From NCBI GenBank assembly GCA_963662795.1, contig OY759746.1, forward strand, positions 3,616,001-3,680,000: a stretch of DNA of 64,000 nt, given 5' to 3'. Shown here piece by piece: positions 1 to 10,304 of the stretch. The position numbers were made by a program, and so were the translations under genes. The notes under the pieces were generated by a model. That model had not been told where the DNA came from. It worked only from the letters and a program-made list of their open reading frames with translations, and searched no databases. The DNA is from Spirochaetia bacterium (GTDB lineage Bacteria; Spirochaetota; Spirochaetia; CADAEX01). The number at the start of each line of letters is the position of its first letter. Position 1 is the stretch's first letter.

Positions 1-129
1 GTCATTAGAGAAATTGTAAATATAACGGCAATATTCAATCATGATATTCTAGATGGCGCACCTGCTGCGAGATTAATGAATAAACTAAGGAATATTTTGG
101 AGGTAGAATATAAAAAATTGCTTGATTAA
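1..129 (+). CDS. 3' end of a 2-oxoacid dehydrogenase E2 (acyltransferase)-like protein, 5'-truncated by the window
   Basis: Frame 1 reads VIREIVNITAIFNHDILDGAPAARLMNKLRNILEVEYKKLLD*. HDILDGAPAARL matches the DHRxxDGAxAxxF catalytic motif of E2/CAT-fold acyltransferases. Confidence 0.7.
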   Translation, partial: VIREIVNITAIFNHDILDGAPAARLMNKLRNILEVEYKKLLD

Positions 130-147
130 AAACATTAAGGAGAAATA

Positions 148-922
148 ATGAAGGTAGCAACATTTATAGGAAGTGTGCGTAAGAAAAACACTTATGATGC
201 CTGTAAAATGTTTCTCAATGAAATTACGACTTTTGGAAATGTAGAATCAGAAATGGTATATCTTGATGACTATAATTTAAAGGTATGTACTGGTTGTAAA
301 ATGTGTTTAGATAAAGGAGAAGAGTATTGTCCTCTCGAAGATGACAGGAACACACTTATTAGAAAAATGATTGAATCAGATGGAGTAATTTTTGCTTCCC
401 CAAATTATTGCTTTAATGTATCAGCCTTAATGAAATTGTTCTTAGACCGGCTTGCATATTTCGGACATAGACCAGCATTTTTTGGTAAAACCTTTTCCAG
501 TATAATTTATAGTTGTACAGGGAATATATGGAGGCGATAAAATAGTAAAATATTTTGATTTTTTTGGAAATACAATTGGTTATAACATTGTTAAAGGGGG
601 CATTAATAAATTCTCTTGAACCAATGACAGAAAAAATTAAGGAAAGAAACGAGAAAATAATAAAAGAACATGCAAAAAATTATTATAGACAGCTGGTGAA
701 AAATGAATTTAAAAAATCAAGTTTGATAGAATTGCTTATTTTCAGAATGTCCAGAACAAGTATAAAAACGATACTTGATAAGAGTTACAGAGATTATGAG
801 TATTATAATAGAAATGGCTGGTTTGAATCGGATTTTTATTATCGGTAAAGATTAGCAAGATTAAAAAATCACTTGGAAAAGTGTTTGATAATATATCAGT
901 AACAATTTCTAAAAATCGATAA
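148..922 (+). pseudogene. Flavodoxin-family iron-sulfur flavoprotein (NADPH-dependent FMN reductase fold), frameshifted
   Basis: GSVRKKNT, CTGCKMC...C Fe-S motif and ASPNY. The reading continues in other frames (VVQGIYGGDKIVKYFDFFG; ALINSLEP...; VKISKIKKSLGKVFD...), with shifts near 505, 598 and 843. Confidence 0.7.
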
Positions 923-1242
923 TGATAAGTATGAAAACGAAGGACTCTGCCTTGGCGTTGCCAGGTGAGGCTCGACACCCCTCAGCTCGATAATATACCC
1001 CTCCATGAAAGTGATAAAAACTGCTTCCACGCGCAAGAAAACAGGTTTAGAATTACGATATTAAAAATCTTACTGCTGGGTATTCACATCAATAGAATCA
1101 CCGGGACCTCATGCAGACACGGATGAGAAATACATGATCTTTTAAAATAATATCCTTTTTTAGTAAATATAAATAAAATATTTGAAATATATGGTTTCGC
1201 ATAATAAAATTCAAACTATCAACTATTGATAAGGAGTTAAAA

Positions 1243-1458
1243 ATGCCAGATTGCGAATGCCTGCCAAAGTGTCCGTTTTTCAATGACCGAATGCAGAACA
1301 TGCCAGGATTGTCAGCTGTATACAAGAAAAGATACTGTAAAACCGATTCCTCAAAGTGTGCCAGATATATTGTCTTTAAAAAATTGGGAAGATATGAAGT
1401 TCCTTCAAATTTATTTCCAAATCAAATTGAAATTGCTCAATCGTTAATATATAAATAA
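1243..1458 (+). CDS. Small Cys-rich hypothetical protein (71 aa)
   Basis: Strong SD (AAGGAG) upstream of the ATG; CxCxxxCPFF...YC...CARY pattern. Confidence 0.7.
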   Translation: MPDCECLPKCPFFNDRMQNMPGLSAVYKKRYCKTDSSKCARYIVFKKLGRYEVPSNLFPNQIEIAQSLIYK

Positions 1459-1773
1459 TATTGAACACAATTATAATAAAGTACGATTTTTAAAAGTATT
1501 TCAGTATATATATCATCAGTTAAAAAGTTATTTATACTGGCTAAATGTATGGATTCAACTCTGTCTCTAATTATACTAATTATAATTGAAACGCCAAATT
1601 ATACAGGTAGAGCAACTACCTGACAATTGCTATTCAAATATCCCATCTTTTGTACAGGACTATAAATTCTTCAAATATTCCTGGCATCTTGTTGAAAATG
1701 TGAAACCTTAAAGGATACGGGAGCTTCTGTGATGCCCTAATGATCGCTTTTTTATTAGTTTCTATTATTATAA

Positions 1774-1956
1774 TTATAAAAACTGATCAAGTTTTTCCTG
1801 GGTAATCAATCCAAGCTTAACACCAATTTGACCAAACAATAAATCAGAATGATCTTTTTGATAATCTAAAATCTTTTTTACATCTTGATCTGTTATAGCT
1901 CCGAGTCTTACTAATAACTCCCCAAAACGCTCTGTAGAATCATTCATTTTATACAT
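1774..1956 (-). CDS. Stand-alone MshEN-like (putative c-di-GMP-binding) mini-protein
   Basis: RFGELLVRLGAITDQDVKKILDYQ, a short linker, then LFGQIGVKLGLITQEKLDQFL. This resembles the tandem RLGxxLxxxGxIxxxxLxxxLxxQ motif. Confidence 0.65.
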   Translation of the reverse strand: MYKMNDSTERFGELLVRLGAITDQDVKKILDYQKDHSDLLFGQIGVKLGLITQEKLDQFL

Positions 1957-2310
1957 AGTCCTTTTAAATTAATTTATGCCTAAAATATTTATAATTCAAA
2001 TTATAATCATATAATCTTTCATAATTTTACTGAGTTTATCATTACTCATATCATTGATATATTTATTTGATATCATCTCGGCTATCAGGTCCTTTATCCT
2101 TTTCATCCGTATTTTCATCCACCCCTCCACTGCCCCATCTTTCATCTGTTCAAGAAAATCATTTTCCCCATACCCGGGTGTATGTATGATTAATGTTATT
2201 TCTTTTCTAAACAGTAGATTAATGGTTACAATATTTTAAAAATTTTAGTTACACTTAATCCTTTATTGCTTTAATCAAAAATATCTTAAAAATGTATTTT
2301 ATTTGATTAA

Positions 2311-4092
2311 TTGATAATTCTGTGGTTAAATATAATTACACTATCAAAAGAAATGACTGATACAAATGGTATTTTAAACAATAAATTACATGACTTCCGC
2401 AAGCTTTCACTCGAATTAATCAGTCTTGCAGATAAAGGTACTTTAATATCAGAATATTTAAGAAATGCTTCTCAAAAAATTATAAATTTATCAAAAGCAT
2501 CTAAACTTAACATTATAGTAAGCGACATCAGTAACTATTACAGATTCACTCTTGATAATCAGGATCAATGGGGTATTTTTCCTTTATCACGTAATGTAAT
2601 TGACTCTGTTCAATTGTCAAATAAGGAAAATGTAATTACTACTTCTGATCTTGAGAAAACTGTTTTTACCAATATAATAATCAGCTCTCCTGATTTTACT
2701 GAAGCAAACGGTCTTTATATCAAGGATACATCAAAAATACTATTATTGGTAATTAAAAATGATAACAACGAAAATGGAATATCTGTTAAAATAAAAACGA
2801 ATTATTCTTCAATTTTAATATTACCAATTCGTAATGATAACGAAATTATTGGCGTCATTTCATTAGAATGGTCAAAAATTATAAATTTATTAGATGAAGA
2901 TATATCTTTTTTTCAATATATTTTTGATATTGTTGGTTCTGCCAGGTCGCATAGACAGGCAAAATTCCATCTTGGAGAAAGAATAAAAGAACTCACTACT
3001 ATATATCAAATTACACGTTTAGGAGCAGAAATAAACAAATCCCTTGACGATGTGCTATCTGGAGCTGTGGATATAATCCCCCCAGGGTTTTTAAGACCTG
3101 AATTAGCCTGCTGTAAAATATTATATTCAAACGAAGTGTTTAAAAGTAAAAATTATCAAATCCCCAAACATACTTTGAAGGAAGATATTATTGTTGGGGG
3201 GAAAAACATTGGATTTATCGAAGTTGGATACACTGAAGAGCCAAACAACCTGGACAAAGGACCATTTTTAAAAGAAGAACAACCTATGCTCATGACAGTT
3301 GCCAGAGAATTAAGTCTTATCGCAGAAAGAAAACAGTTTGTTGATGAAAGAGAACGTCTTCAACAACAACTACTTCATGCAGACAGATTGGTCACTGTTG
3401 GCCAATTAACAGCTGGAGTTGCGCATGAACTGAATGAACCCCTGGGAGGTATACTTGGCTTTGCGCAGCTGATTAAAAAATATGGTGATATTAATAAAGA
3501 TGTGGAAAAAGATATTGATAAAATAATCAAGGCTTCCCTACACGCTCGTGAAATTATACGTAAACTTATGCTATTTAGCAGGCAAACACCTCCTGAGAAA
3601 AAACTTTTTAATATTAATGAACGAATTAACGATGGTTTATATTTATTGGAAAGTAGAATTAATAAAAGTAATATAAACCTCATCAAGGATTTTTCAAATG
3701 ACTTACCCGATATAAAAATTGATCCTTCCCAAATAAATCAGGTACTTGTAAATCTTGTTGTAAATGCCATTCAGGCAATGCCTGATGGTGGAACTCTTAC
3801 AATAAAAACCGATAAATTAATAAATAATATTGTTTTAACTGTTAAAGATACCGGAATCGGAATGACCCTTGATCAAATTGATAAAATATTTATTCCATTT
3901 TTCACTACAAAGGACATCAATGAAGGAACTGGTTTAGGATTACCAGTTGCTTTGGGTATAGTTCAATCTCATGGCGGAACAATCAGTGTTAATAGTTTCC
4001 CTGGAAAAGGTTCAGAGTTTGTTGTAAAATTTCCGATAGACACAGAAAATAATTTGAATGAAGGAATATCGAATGACAAGCAAGAAAAGTAA
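2311..4092 (+). CDS. Cytoplasmic GAF-domain sensor histidine kinase (start may be ATG 2353)
   Basis: H-box AGVAHELNEPL, N-box QVLVNLVVNAIQAM, G boxes DTGIG and GTGLGL; GAF-like N-terminus with no obvious TM helix. Confidence 0.9.
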   Translation: MIILWLNIITLSKEMTDTNGILNNKLHDFRKLSLELISLADKGTLISEYLRNASQKIINLSKASKLNIIVSDISNYYRFTLDNQDQWGIFPLSRNVIDSVQLSNKENVITTSDLEKTVFTNIIISSPDFTEANGLYIKDTSKILLLVIKNDNNENGISVKIKTNYSSILILPIRNDNEIIGVISLEWSKIINLLDEDISFFQYIFDIVGSARSHRQAKFHLGERIKELTTIYQITRLGAEINKSLDDVLSGAVDIIPPGFLRPELACCKILYSNEVFKSKNYQIPKHTLKEDIIVGGKNIGFIEVGYTEEPNNLDKGPFLKEEQPMLMTVARELSLIAERKQFVDERERLQQQLLHADRLVTVGQLTAGVAHELNEPLGGILGFAQLIKKYGDINKDVEKDIDKIIKASLHAREIIRKLMLFSRQTPPEKKLFNINERINDGLYLLESRINKSNINLIKDFSNDLPDIKIDPSQINQVLVNLVVNAIQAMPDGGTLTIKTDKLINNIVLTVKDTGIGMTLDQIDKIFIPFFTTKDINEGTGLGLPVALGIVQSHGGTISVNSFPGKGSEFVVKFPIDTENNLNEGISNDKQEK

Positions 4093-5422
4093 ATCGGAAA
4101 TAATATTAGTAGTTGATGATTCTCCGGATACTCTTGAAATGCTGCATCGCAGCATTGAATATATGGGATATAAAGTCTTTTCCTGTGATAGTGCACAAGA
4201 AGCTATCGATATATTAAAAAATACACATATTGATCTTGTTATTACTGATTATCATATGCCCTTTATCGGTGGAATCAATGTAATTAGGCATGTTCGCGAA
4301 AATTATAAAAATACTGAGGTAATGATGATAACTGGCTATGCTTCTGTTGAGGGTGCAGTAGAGGCAATAAAAGCCGGAGCTGAAGAATATCTGGCTAAAC
4401 CATTTACGGATGAAGAACTTGAACAGGCTATAGAGCGCTCCCTCGCTAAACTTGCAATCAGAGCAGTACGAAATGCCATACCGACAAAGAATATCTCAAA
4501 ACAATACTCAATTATTGCAGAATCAGTTAAAATGCAAAAAGTCTTTGATAGTATTAGAAGAGCTGCATCAGGAAACTTACCAGTTCTTATTTCGGGTGAA
4601 AATGGAACTGGAAGACAACTGATAGCAAAAGCAATTCATTTTGAAAGTGCAAATTCAACATATCCCTTTATTCATGTTAATATCAGAGGTATACCGGAAA
4701 GTAATCTTGAAAGTCAGTTATTCGGACATATCAAAACCGGGGATAATATATCAGATAAAATATCTCAAAAAGGTTTACTGGAATTGGCAGAAGAAGGAAC
4801 AGTTTTTTTCGATGGAATCAGTTTAGCACCACCGGCAACACAAATTAAACTTTTAAGGGCATTATCAAGTAATGAAATTACATATACAGGAGACAATACA
4901 GCCAGAAAGATAAAATGCAGAATTATAGCTTCAACTTCAAAAGATTTACTTTCTCTTGTCAGAAAAGGACTATTCCGGGAAGATCTTTTTTTCCGAATTA
5001 ATGTTGTTAATATTACCCTCCCACCGTTGAGAGAAAGAGGTAAAGATATTTTACTTCTGGCAAATCATTTCATTACCGAAGTCTGCAATGAAATCGGTAG
5101 GAATAAAATACCTATAATTAATGAAGGAGCTTCTCGCTGTCTAATGAACTACTATTGGTCGGGAAATATAAGGGAGCTTGAAATCCTTATCCGCCAAATT
5201 ATCCAAAAAATACATGGAGATATTATTGAAATTTCAGATTTACCATCATATATGCGATATAATCTTTCAGAAGAAACAAGGTTAAGCAAATCGCTTCTGG
5301 AAGTAGAAAAGGACCATATAAAAGATGTATTGCTGAAAGTTGATGGAAATAAAACAAAGGCAGCTGAACTTCTTGGAATTGATAGAAAAACTTTACGGGA
5401 AAAACTCACAAAACAGACATGA
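4073..5422 (+). CDS. NtrC-family response regulator (REC-AAA+-Fis HTH) with a degenerate AAA+ domain
   Basis: REC motifs VVDD, ITDYHMP, KPF; AAA+ FREDLFFRINV and WSGNIRELE; HTH GNKTKAAELLGIDRKTL. GAFTGA is absent and Walker A/B are altered. Overlaps the kinase stop. Confidence 0.9.
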   Translation: MTSKKSKSEIILVVDDSPDTLEMLHRSIEYMGYKVFSCDSAQEAIDILKNTHIDLVITDYHMPFIGGINVIRHVRENYKNTEVMMITGYASVEGAVEAIKAGAEEYLAKPFTDEELEQAIERSLAKLAIRAVRNAIPTKNISKQYSIIAESVKMQKVFDSIRRAASGNLPVLISGENGTGRQLIAKAIHFESANSTYPFIHVNIRGIPESNLESQLFGHIKTGDNISDKISQKGLLELAEEGTVFFDGISLAPPATQIKLLRALSSNEITYTGDNTARKIKCRIIASTSKDLLSLVRKGLFREDLFFRINVVNITLPPLRERGKDILLLANHFITEVCNEIGRNKIPIINEGASRCLMNYYWSGNIRELEILIRQIIQKIHGDIIEISDLPSYMRYNLSEETRLSKSLLEVEKDHIKDVLLKVDGNKTKAAELLGIDRKTLREKLTKQT

Positions 5423-5485
5423 TGTTAAATAGTATTCATTTGATTCAAAAATATTGATTAAAACTTACTTAGTCCTTAAAAACAT

Positions 5486-5515
5486 TCAAGGCAGTCATAT
5501 TTCAGACTGCCTTGA
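5486..5515. terminator. Hairpin between the convergent regulator and gdhA, probable terminator
   Basis: 11-bp stem TCAAGGCAGTC-N8-GACTGCCTTGA. Confidence 0.65.
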
Positions 5516-5527
5516 CATCAATCTTTA

Positions 5528-6889
5528 TTATACAATTCCATAAGCCAGCATTGCTTTTGCTACTTTAAGAAAACCAGCAATATTAGCACCAGCCATATAA
5601 TTTCTTTCATTAAAACCATACGCTGATGAAGCATGGCGACAGGAATCATGTATATTCTTCATTATTATTCGAAGTCTGTGATCAACTTCTTCTTTTTCCC
5701 ATAGAAGCTTCATACTGTTCTGACTCATCTCTAATCCAGAAACAGATACACCACCTGCATTAGCAGCCTTACCAGGTGCATACAGTATATTATGATCAAT
5801 GAAAATATTTATTGCTTTAGGAGTTGATGGCATATTAGCACCTTCAGATACACAATTGCATCCATTTTTTATAAGGGCAAGAGCATTTTCCTCGTCAATT
5901 TCATTTTGAGTTGCACATGGCAAAGCAATGTCAACTTTTAATGATTGTTCTTTTATAATATCCCAAACAGCTTTTCCCTCATAATATACCGCATCTGGAA
6001 AATGTTCCGCATATTCCTTTATACGTCCTCTCCTGTTATTTTTCAGATCCATTACAAAGTCCAGTTTTACTTTGTTTATTCCGTGAGTATCTATGATGGT
6101 TCCTGTACTGTCAGATAGAGAAATTACCTTACCTTTCAATTGATTAATTTTTTCAACTGAATACTGGGCAACATTTCCAGATCCCGATATAGCTACAACC
6201 TTATCATCAATAGTTTCATGATCTGTTGCCAGCATTTCTGCCGCGAAATAAACAGCCCCATATCCTGTAGCTTCAGGTCTTATAAGACTTCCTCCAAATT
6301 CCATACCCTTTCCAGTAAGAACACCTGTATGCTCATTTCGTAATTTTTTATAATAACCATAAAGATAACCAATCTCTCTACCACCAACACCAATATCCCC
6401 GGCTGGTACATCCGTATCAGGACCAATATGTCGATATAATTCTCTCATGAACGCCTGACAAAATCTCATTACTTCAGCATCACTTTTTCCTTTAGGATCA
6501 AAATCGCTACCACCTTTCCCTCCCCCCATTGGAAGAGTTGTTAGTGAATTTTTAAATATTTGTTCAAACCCTAAAAATTTTATTATACTCAAGTTAACAG
6601 ATGGGTGAAACCTGAGCCCTCCTTTATAAGGACCAATTGCATTATTGAATTGAATCCTAAACCCGCGGTTAACGCGTACATTTCCAGAATCATCAACCCA
6701 TGGGACTCTGAACATAATTTGTCGATCAGGTTCAACAATTCTTTCATAAATTGCTGCTTCAACAAACTCCGGATGCTTTTCAACAGTTGGTTCAAGTGAA
6801 AGCATTACTTCTTCGACAGCCTGTATAAATTCAGGTTGAGACGGGTTTTTTACTTCAGTTTTTTCGATTACTTCTTTTAAGTAGCTCAT
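5528..6889 (-). CDS. gdhA: NADP-specific glutamate dehydrogenase
   Basis: GPYKGGLRFHPSV, MGGGKGGSDFDPKG, DVPAGDIGVG, RPEATGYG, GSGNVA and EGANMP motifs. Confidence 0.97.
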   Translation of the reverse strand: MSYLKEVIEKTEVKNPSQPEFIQAVEEVMLSLEPTVEKHPEFVEAAIYERIVEPDRQIMFRVPWVDDSGNVRVNRGFRIQFNNAIGPYKGGLRFHPSVNLSIIKFLGFEQIFKNSLTTLPMGGGKGGSDFDPKGKSDAEVMRFCQAFMRELYRHIGPDTDVPAGDIGVGGREIGYLYGYYKKLRNEHTGVLTGKGMEFGGSLIRPEATGYGAVYFAAEMLATDHETIDDKVVAISGSGNVAQYSVEKINQLKGKVISLSDSTGTIIDTHGINKVKLDFVMDLKNNRRGRIKEYAEHFPDAVYYEGKAVWDIIKEQSLKVDIALPCATQNEIDEENALALIKNGCNCVSEGANMPSTPKAINIFIDHNILYAPGKAANAGGVSVSGLEMSQNSMKLLWEKEEVDHRLRIIMKNIHDSCRHASSAYGFNERNYMAGANIAGFLKVAKAMLAYGIV

Positions 6890-7119
6890 TGGAAACTCCT
6901 TTTATTGTTCTTTGGCAGTCACCTTTTAGCAAATACTCGCAAGTGGGGATTATATGACCGTTTTTTGGTGATTTATTCACCATTTATGTTATTTTCTATC
7001 ATATAATAATTATATGTCAAGTAATATTTTATATTCTTTATAAATAAATCAGTTATTTATCATTTTAATATGTTTGAAAACTGAATATTTAAATAATAAA
7101 ATTATGGGAAAGGTGTCGT

Positions 7120-10107
7120 ATGAATGATTTAAAACATTATTGGCTTTTTAAACCCCAAAAATCTAATCTTTCAATATTTCATGATCTAATGCGGTTTAAA
7201 GTTAAAGAAATACTTCTTGTTGCTACGGTATATGATGCCTATATTCTTGAGCGCGAGGGACAGTTATTTGAACAAATTTATGGAGAATATTATCAATTAA
7301 ATATATCAAGTGCCCCAAGGATTACTTCTGTATTTTCAGATATTGATGCACTTGAAATCATAGAAATAGAACAATTCGATCTGGTTATAATTGTTACAGG
7401 AATTGATAAAAATATGCCTCTCGTACTAAGTCAAAAAATAAAGGAAGCAACTCCGGATATACCAATACTACTCTTAATAAATAATAATAACCAAATAATA
7501 TTATACGAAAAAATGGCAAAAGACCTGATTAATTTTGAAAAACTGTTTGTCTGGAACGGTGACAGCAATATCTTTCTTGCAATGATAAAATACATTGAGG
7601 ACTCTATAAATGCACAACAAGATACGTTATCAGGTGATGTCAGAATTATTCTTTTAGTTGAAGATTCTATACGCTATTATTCAAGATATCTTCCAACTCT
7701 TTATAGCGTAATAATGAGGGAAGTACAAAGATTAATCAGTGGTGAGGATATCGATGCGCGATATAAGCTTCTTAAAATGAGAGCCCGTCCAAAAGTTCTT
7801 CTCACCTCAAGTTATGAAAATGCAGTCGAATTATTTGAAAAATACAAAGATTATCTGCTATGTATAATAACTGATGTAAAATACTATATGAATGGGAAAA
7901 TCAATGTTTCAGCTGGAAAATATCTTGTTAAATATGTTCAAAGCAGAGTTAATATTCCGATTCTTTTACAATCATCTGATCCAGTAAATAATAATTTCGC
8001 TAAAGAAAATAAAATTAACTATATTGATAAAAATTCTCAAAATTTATCGAAAGAATTAATTGATTTTTTTAAACAAAATCTTGGATTTGGCAATTTTATT
8101 TTCAGGGATAGCAATGGGAAGAACATTGCCGAAGCAAGATATCTAAAAGAATTCGAATCACTAATTGATAAAATACCAGGTGAATCCATTATTTATCATA
8201 GTAATAGAAATGATTTTTCAACCTGGTTTATGGCAAAAGGAGAGATTAAAAGTGCATTGAAATTGAAAAAAGCGAAAACCGAAGATTTTAATGGACCAGA
8301 AGAAATAAGAAATTTTATAAAAAACACATTGTTTGAACGCTGGCTTGAGAAAAAAAGAGATTCAATATCGAATTTTTCTGAACCAGTGTTAGATGAAACT
8401 TCATACCTCATGAGAATTTCAAATGGCTCTGTAGGAGGAAAAGGAAGAGGTATTGCCTTTACAGAATCACTTCTCCAAAAATCTGAATTTAAAAATATTA
8501 TTAATGGGATAAATATCACCATACCAAAGACTATTATAATCGGTACGGATGAATTTGAATATTTTATGGATAATATTGATATCAGTAATTTAATGCAGAA
8601 TGAAGAGAATATTTTAAAGATAAAGGAACTTTTTTCTAAAATTAAGCTATCCTCTCTATTATCTCAAAGATTGAAGAAAATACTTAATAATACAACTGCT
8701 CCTCTAGCAGTAAGAAGTTCTGGCCTTTTTGAAGATAGTCTTTCGCAACCATTCGCGGGTATATATGATACTTATTATCTACCTAATAATCATCCTGATC
8801 CAAATGAAAGATTACATCAACTTGAGACTGCCGTAAAAATGGTATATGCATCAGTTTTTACACCACTTGCAAAAAGCTATTTTGACTCAGTAAATCACTC
8901 TATTGAAGAAGAAAAAATGGCTGTTATCATTCAAGAACTTGTAGGTCATGCTTATGGTGAATATTTCTATCCACATCTAAGTGGCGTTGCCCAATCATAT
9001 AATTACTATCCTATTTCTCATATGAAATCAGAAGATGGTATTGGGTTAATAGCTATTGGACTAGGTAAAACCGTAGTAGATGGAGAATCTTCCTACAGGT
9101 TTTGTCCCAAATATCCAAAAATGAAAATATTTACAATTAAAGATATGCTTGAAAATTCACAAAGATATTTTTATGCTTTAAATCTTAAAAAAACCAAAAT
9201 CGATTTAATGGAAGGTGTTGATGCAACACTTGATAAAATACCAGTTTCTTTTGCTGAAAAACATGGGAATCTTGATCATTGTGCTTCAGTATATGATGTT
9301 AATTCAAATACTATCAGACCGGGACTTCATATAGAAGGTCCCAGAATTATTGATTTCAGTTATATACTTCAATATAACTATATCCCTCTTTCAAACACTA
9401 TATCAACTGTACTTGATGTTATGAGAAGTGCATTGGGTACACCAGTTGAAATCGAATTTGCCATTGATCTTAAAAAAGACAGTACGGGAAAAAGCTGTTT
9501 TTACATTCTTCAGGTCAAACCTTTGATAAGAACACTCGACACATCATTAAGTGAAGAAATACGTGTTGACAGAAATGATCTTATCCTAAGAACAAAAAAT
9601 GGAATGGGTAATGGAATTATAGAAGGCATTCATGATATTATTTATGTAATCCCCGATAGATTTAATAATCTCAAAACTGCATTTATTGCAAAAGAAATCA
9701 GTCAATTGAACAAAGAGATGAAAAGGATTTCAACAAATTATATACTAATTGGTCCTGGCCGATGGGGATCAAGTGACTCATTTCTTGGAATTCCAGTAGA
9801 TTGGGCATCTATCAGTGAAGCTAAAGTAATCGTTGAAACATCAATAAAAGATTTTCAAGTCGATGCATCACTTGGAAGTCATTTTTTTCATAATATTACA
9901 TCAATGAATATTGGATATTTTACAGTTCCTTTTGGAATTGAAGATTCATTTATTGATTATAATTTCATTGAATCAATTAAGCCTGTAAATGAAACAACAT
10001 ATTTGCGACATATTCATTTACCCACACCTGTTACTGTAATAATGGATGGAAGAAGATCTGTTTCTTTAATTACTAAAAATGGTTGGAAGTTGAAAAAATC
10101 TTTGTAG
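7120..10107 (+). CDS. Receiver-domain plus PEP-synthase/PPDK N-terminal (ATP-grasp) domain protein with a C-terminal His-swivel-like domain; no PEP/pyruvate TIM barrel
   Basis: REC-like RIILLVEDS...IITDVK...IPILLQSS; ATP-grasp GSVGGKGRG, PLAVRSSGLFEDS-FAGIYDT, EIEFA, LQVKP; C-terminal GPGRWGS and SLGSHFFHN. Confidence 0.85.
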   Translation: MNDLKHYWLFKPQKSNLSIFHDLMRFKVKEILLVATVYDAYILEREGQLFEQIYGEYYQLNISSAPRITSVFSDIDALEIIEIEQFDLVIIVTGIDKNMPLVLSQKIKEATPDIPILLLINNNNQIILYEKMAKDLINFEKLFVWNGDSNIFLAMIKYIEDSINAQQDTLSGDVRIILLVEDSIRYYSRYLPTLYSVIMREVQRLISGEDIDARYKLLKMRARPKVLLTSSYENAVELFEKYKDYLLCIITDVKYYMNGKINVSAGKYLVKYVQSRVNIPILLQSSDPVNNNFAKENKINYIDKNSQNLSKELIDFFKQNLGFGNFIFRDSNGKNIAEARYLKEFESLIDKIPGESIIYHSNRNDFSTWFMAKGEIKSALKLKKAKTEDFNGPEEIRNFIKNTLFERWLEKKRDSISNFSEPVLDETSYLMRISNGSVGGKGRGIAFTESLLQKSEFKNIINGINITIPKTIIIGTDEFEYFMDNIDISNLMQNEENILKIKELFSKIKLSSLLSQRLKKILNNTTAPLAVRSSGLFEDSLSQPFAGIYDTYYLPNNHPDPNERLHQLETAVKMVYASVFTPLAKSYFDSVNHSIEEEKMAVIIQELVGHAYGEYFYPHLSGVAQSYNYYPISHMKSEDGIGLIAIGLGKTVVDGESSYRFCPKYPKMKIFTIKDMLENSQRYFYALNLKKTKIDLMEGVDATLDKIPVSFAEKHGNLDHCASVYDVNSNTIRPGLHIEGPRIIDFSYILQYNYIPLSNTISTVLDVMRSALGTPVEIEFAIDLKKDSTGKSCFYILQVKPLIRTLDTSLSEEIRVDRNDLILRTKNGMGNGIIEGIHDIIYVIPDRFNNLKTAFIAKEISQLNKEMKRISTNYILIGPGRWGSSDSFLGIPVDWASISEAKVIVETSIKDFQVDASLGSHFFHNITSMNIGYFTVPFGIEDSFIDYNFIESIKPVNETTYLRHIHLPTPVTVIMDGRRSVSLITKNGWKLKKSL

Positions 10108-10304
10108 TGAACCTGTAAGTAAGTTTCCGAAAATCGCTTTGCCAACAAAGGAATCCTCTTCCCATATCACCGGCGCGGGTGTAGAATTACTTACTCAAGA
10201 GTATCTGCAGCTGATTCATATCTACAAAATATTTTTATTCATAATTCAGAATAGTCGAAATTGTGTGACGAATAATGGTAAGATGCTATTTGTTTATAAG
10301 ATGT

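Noticed and set aside
940-990. GC-rich patch with weak similarity to the tRNA-Val 3' end (possible att site) or to a T-arm
   Set aside because: Only about 11 of 14 matches and no cloverleaf; compatible with chance.
2054-2239. 61-aa ORF in a purine/pyrimidine-skewed patch
   Set aside because: No SD or recognisable motif; possibly a minus-strand gene relic, but unsupported.
6890-7119. Sigma54 promoter or GlnR/NrpR box between gdhA and the dikinase-like gene
   Set aside because: No correctly spaced GG-N10-GC consensus, TGTNA-N7-TNACA or GGAA-N6-TTCC found by eye.
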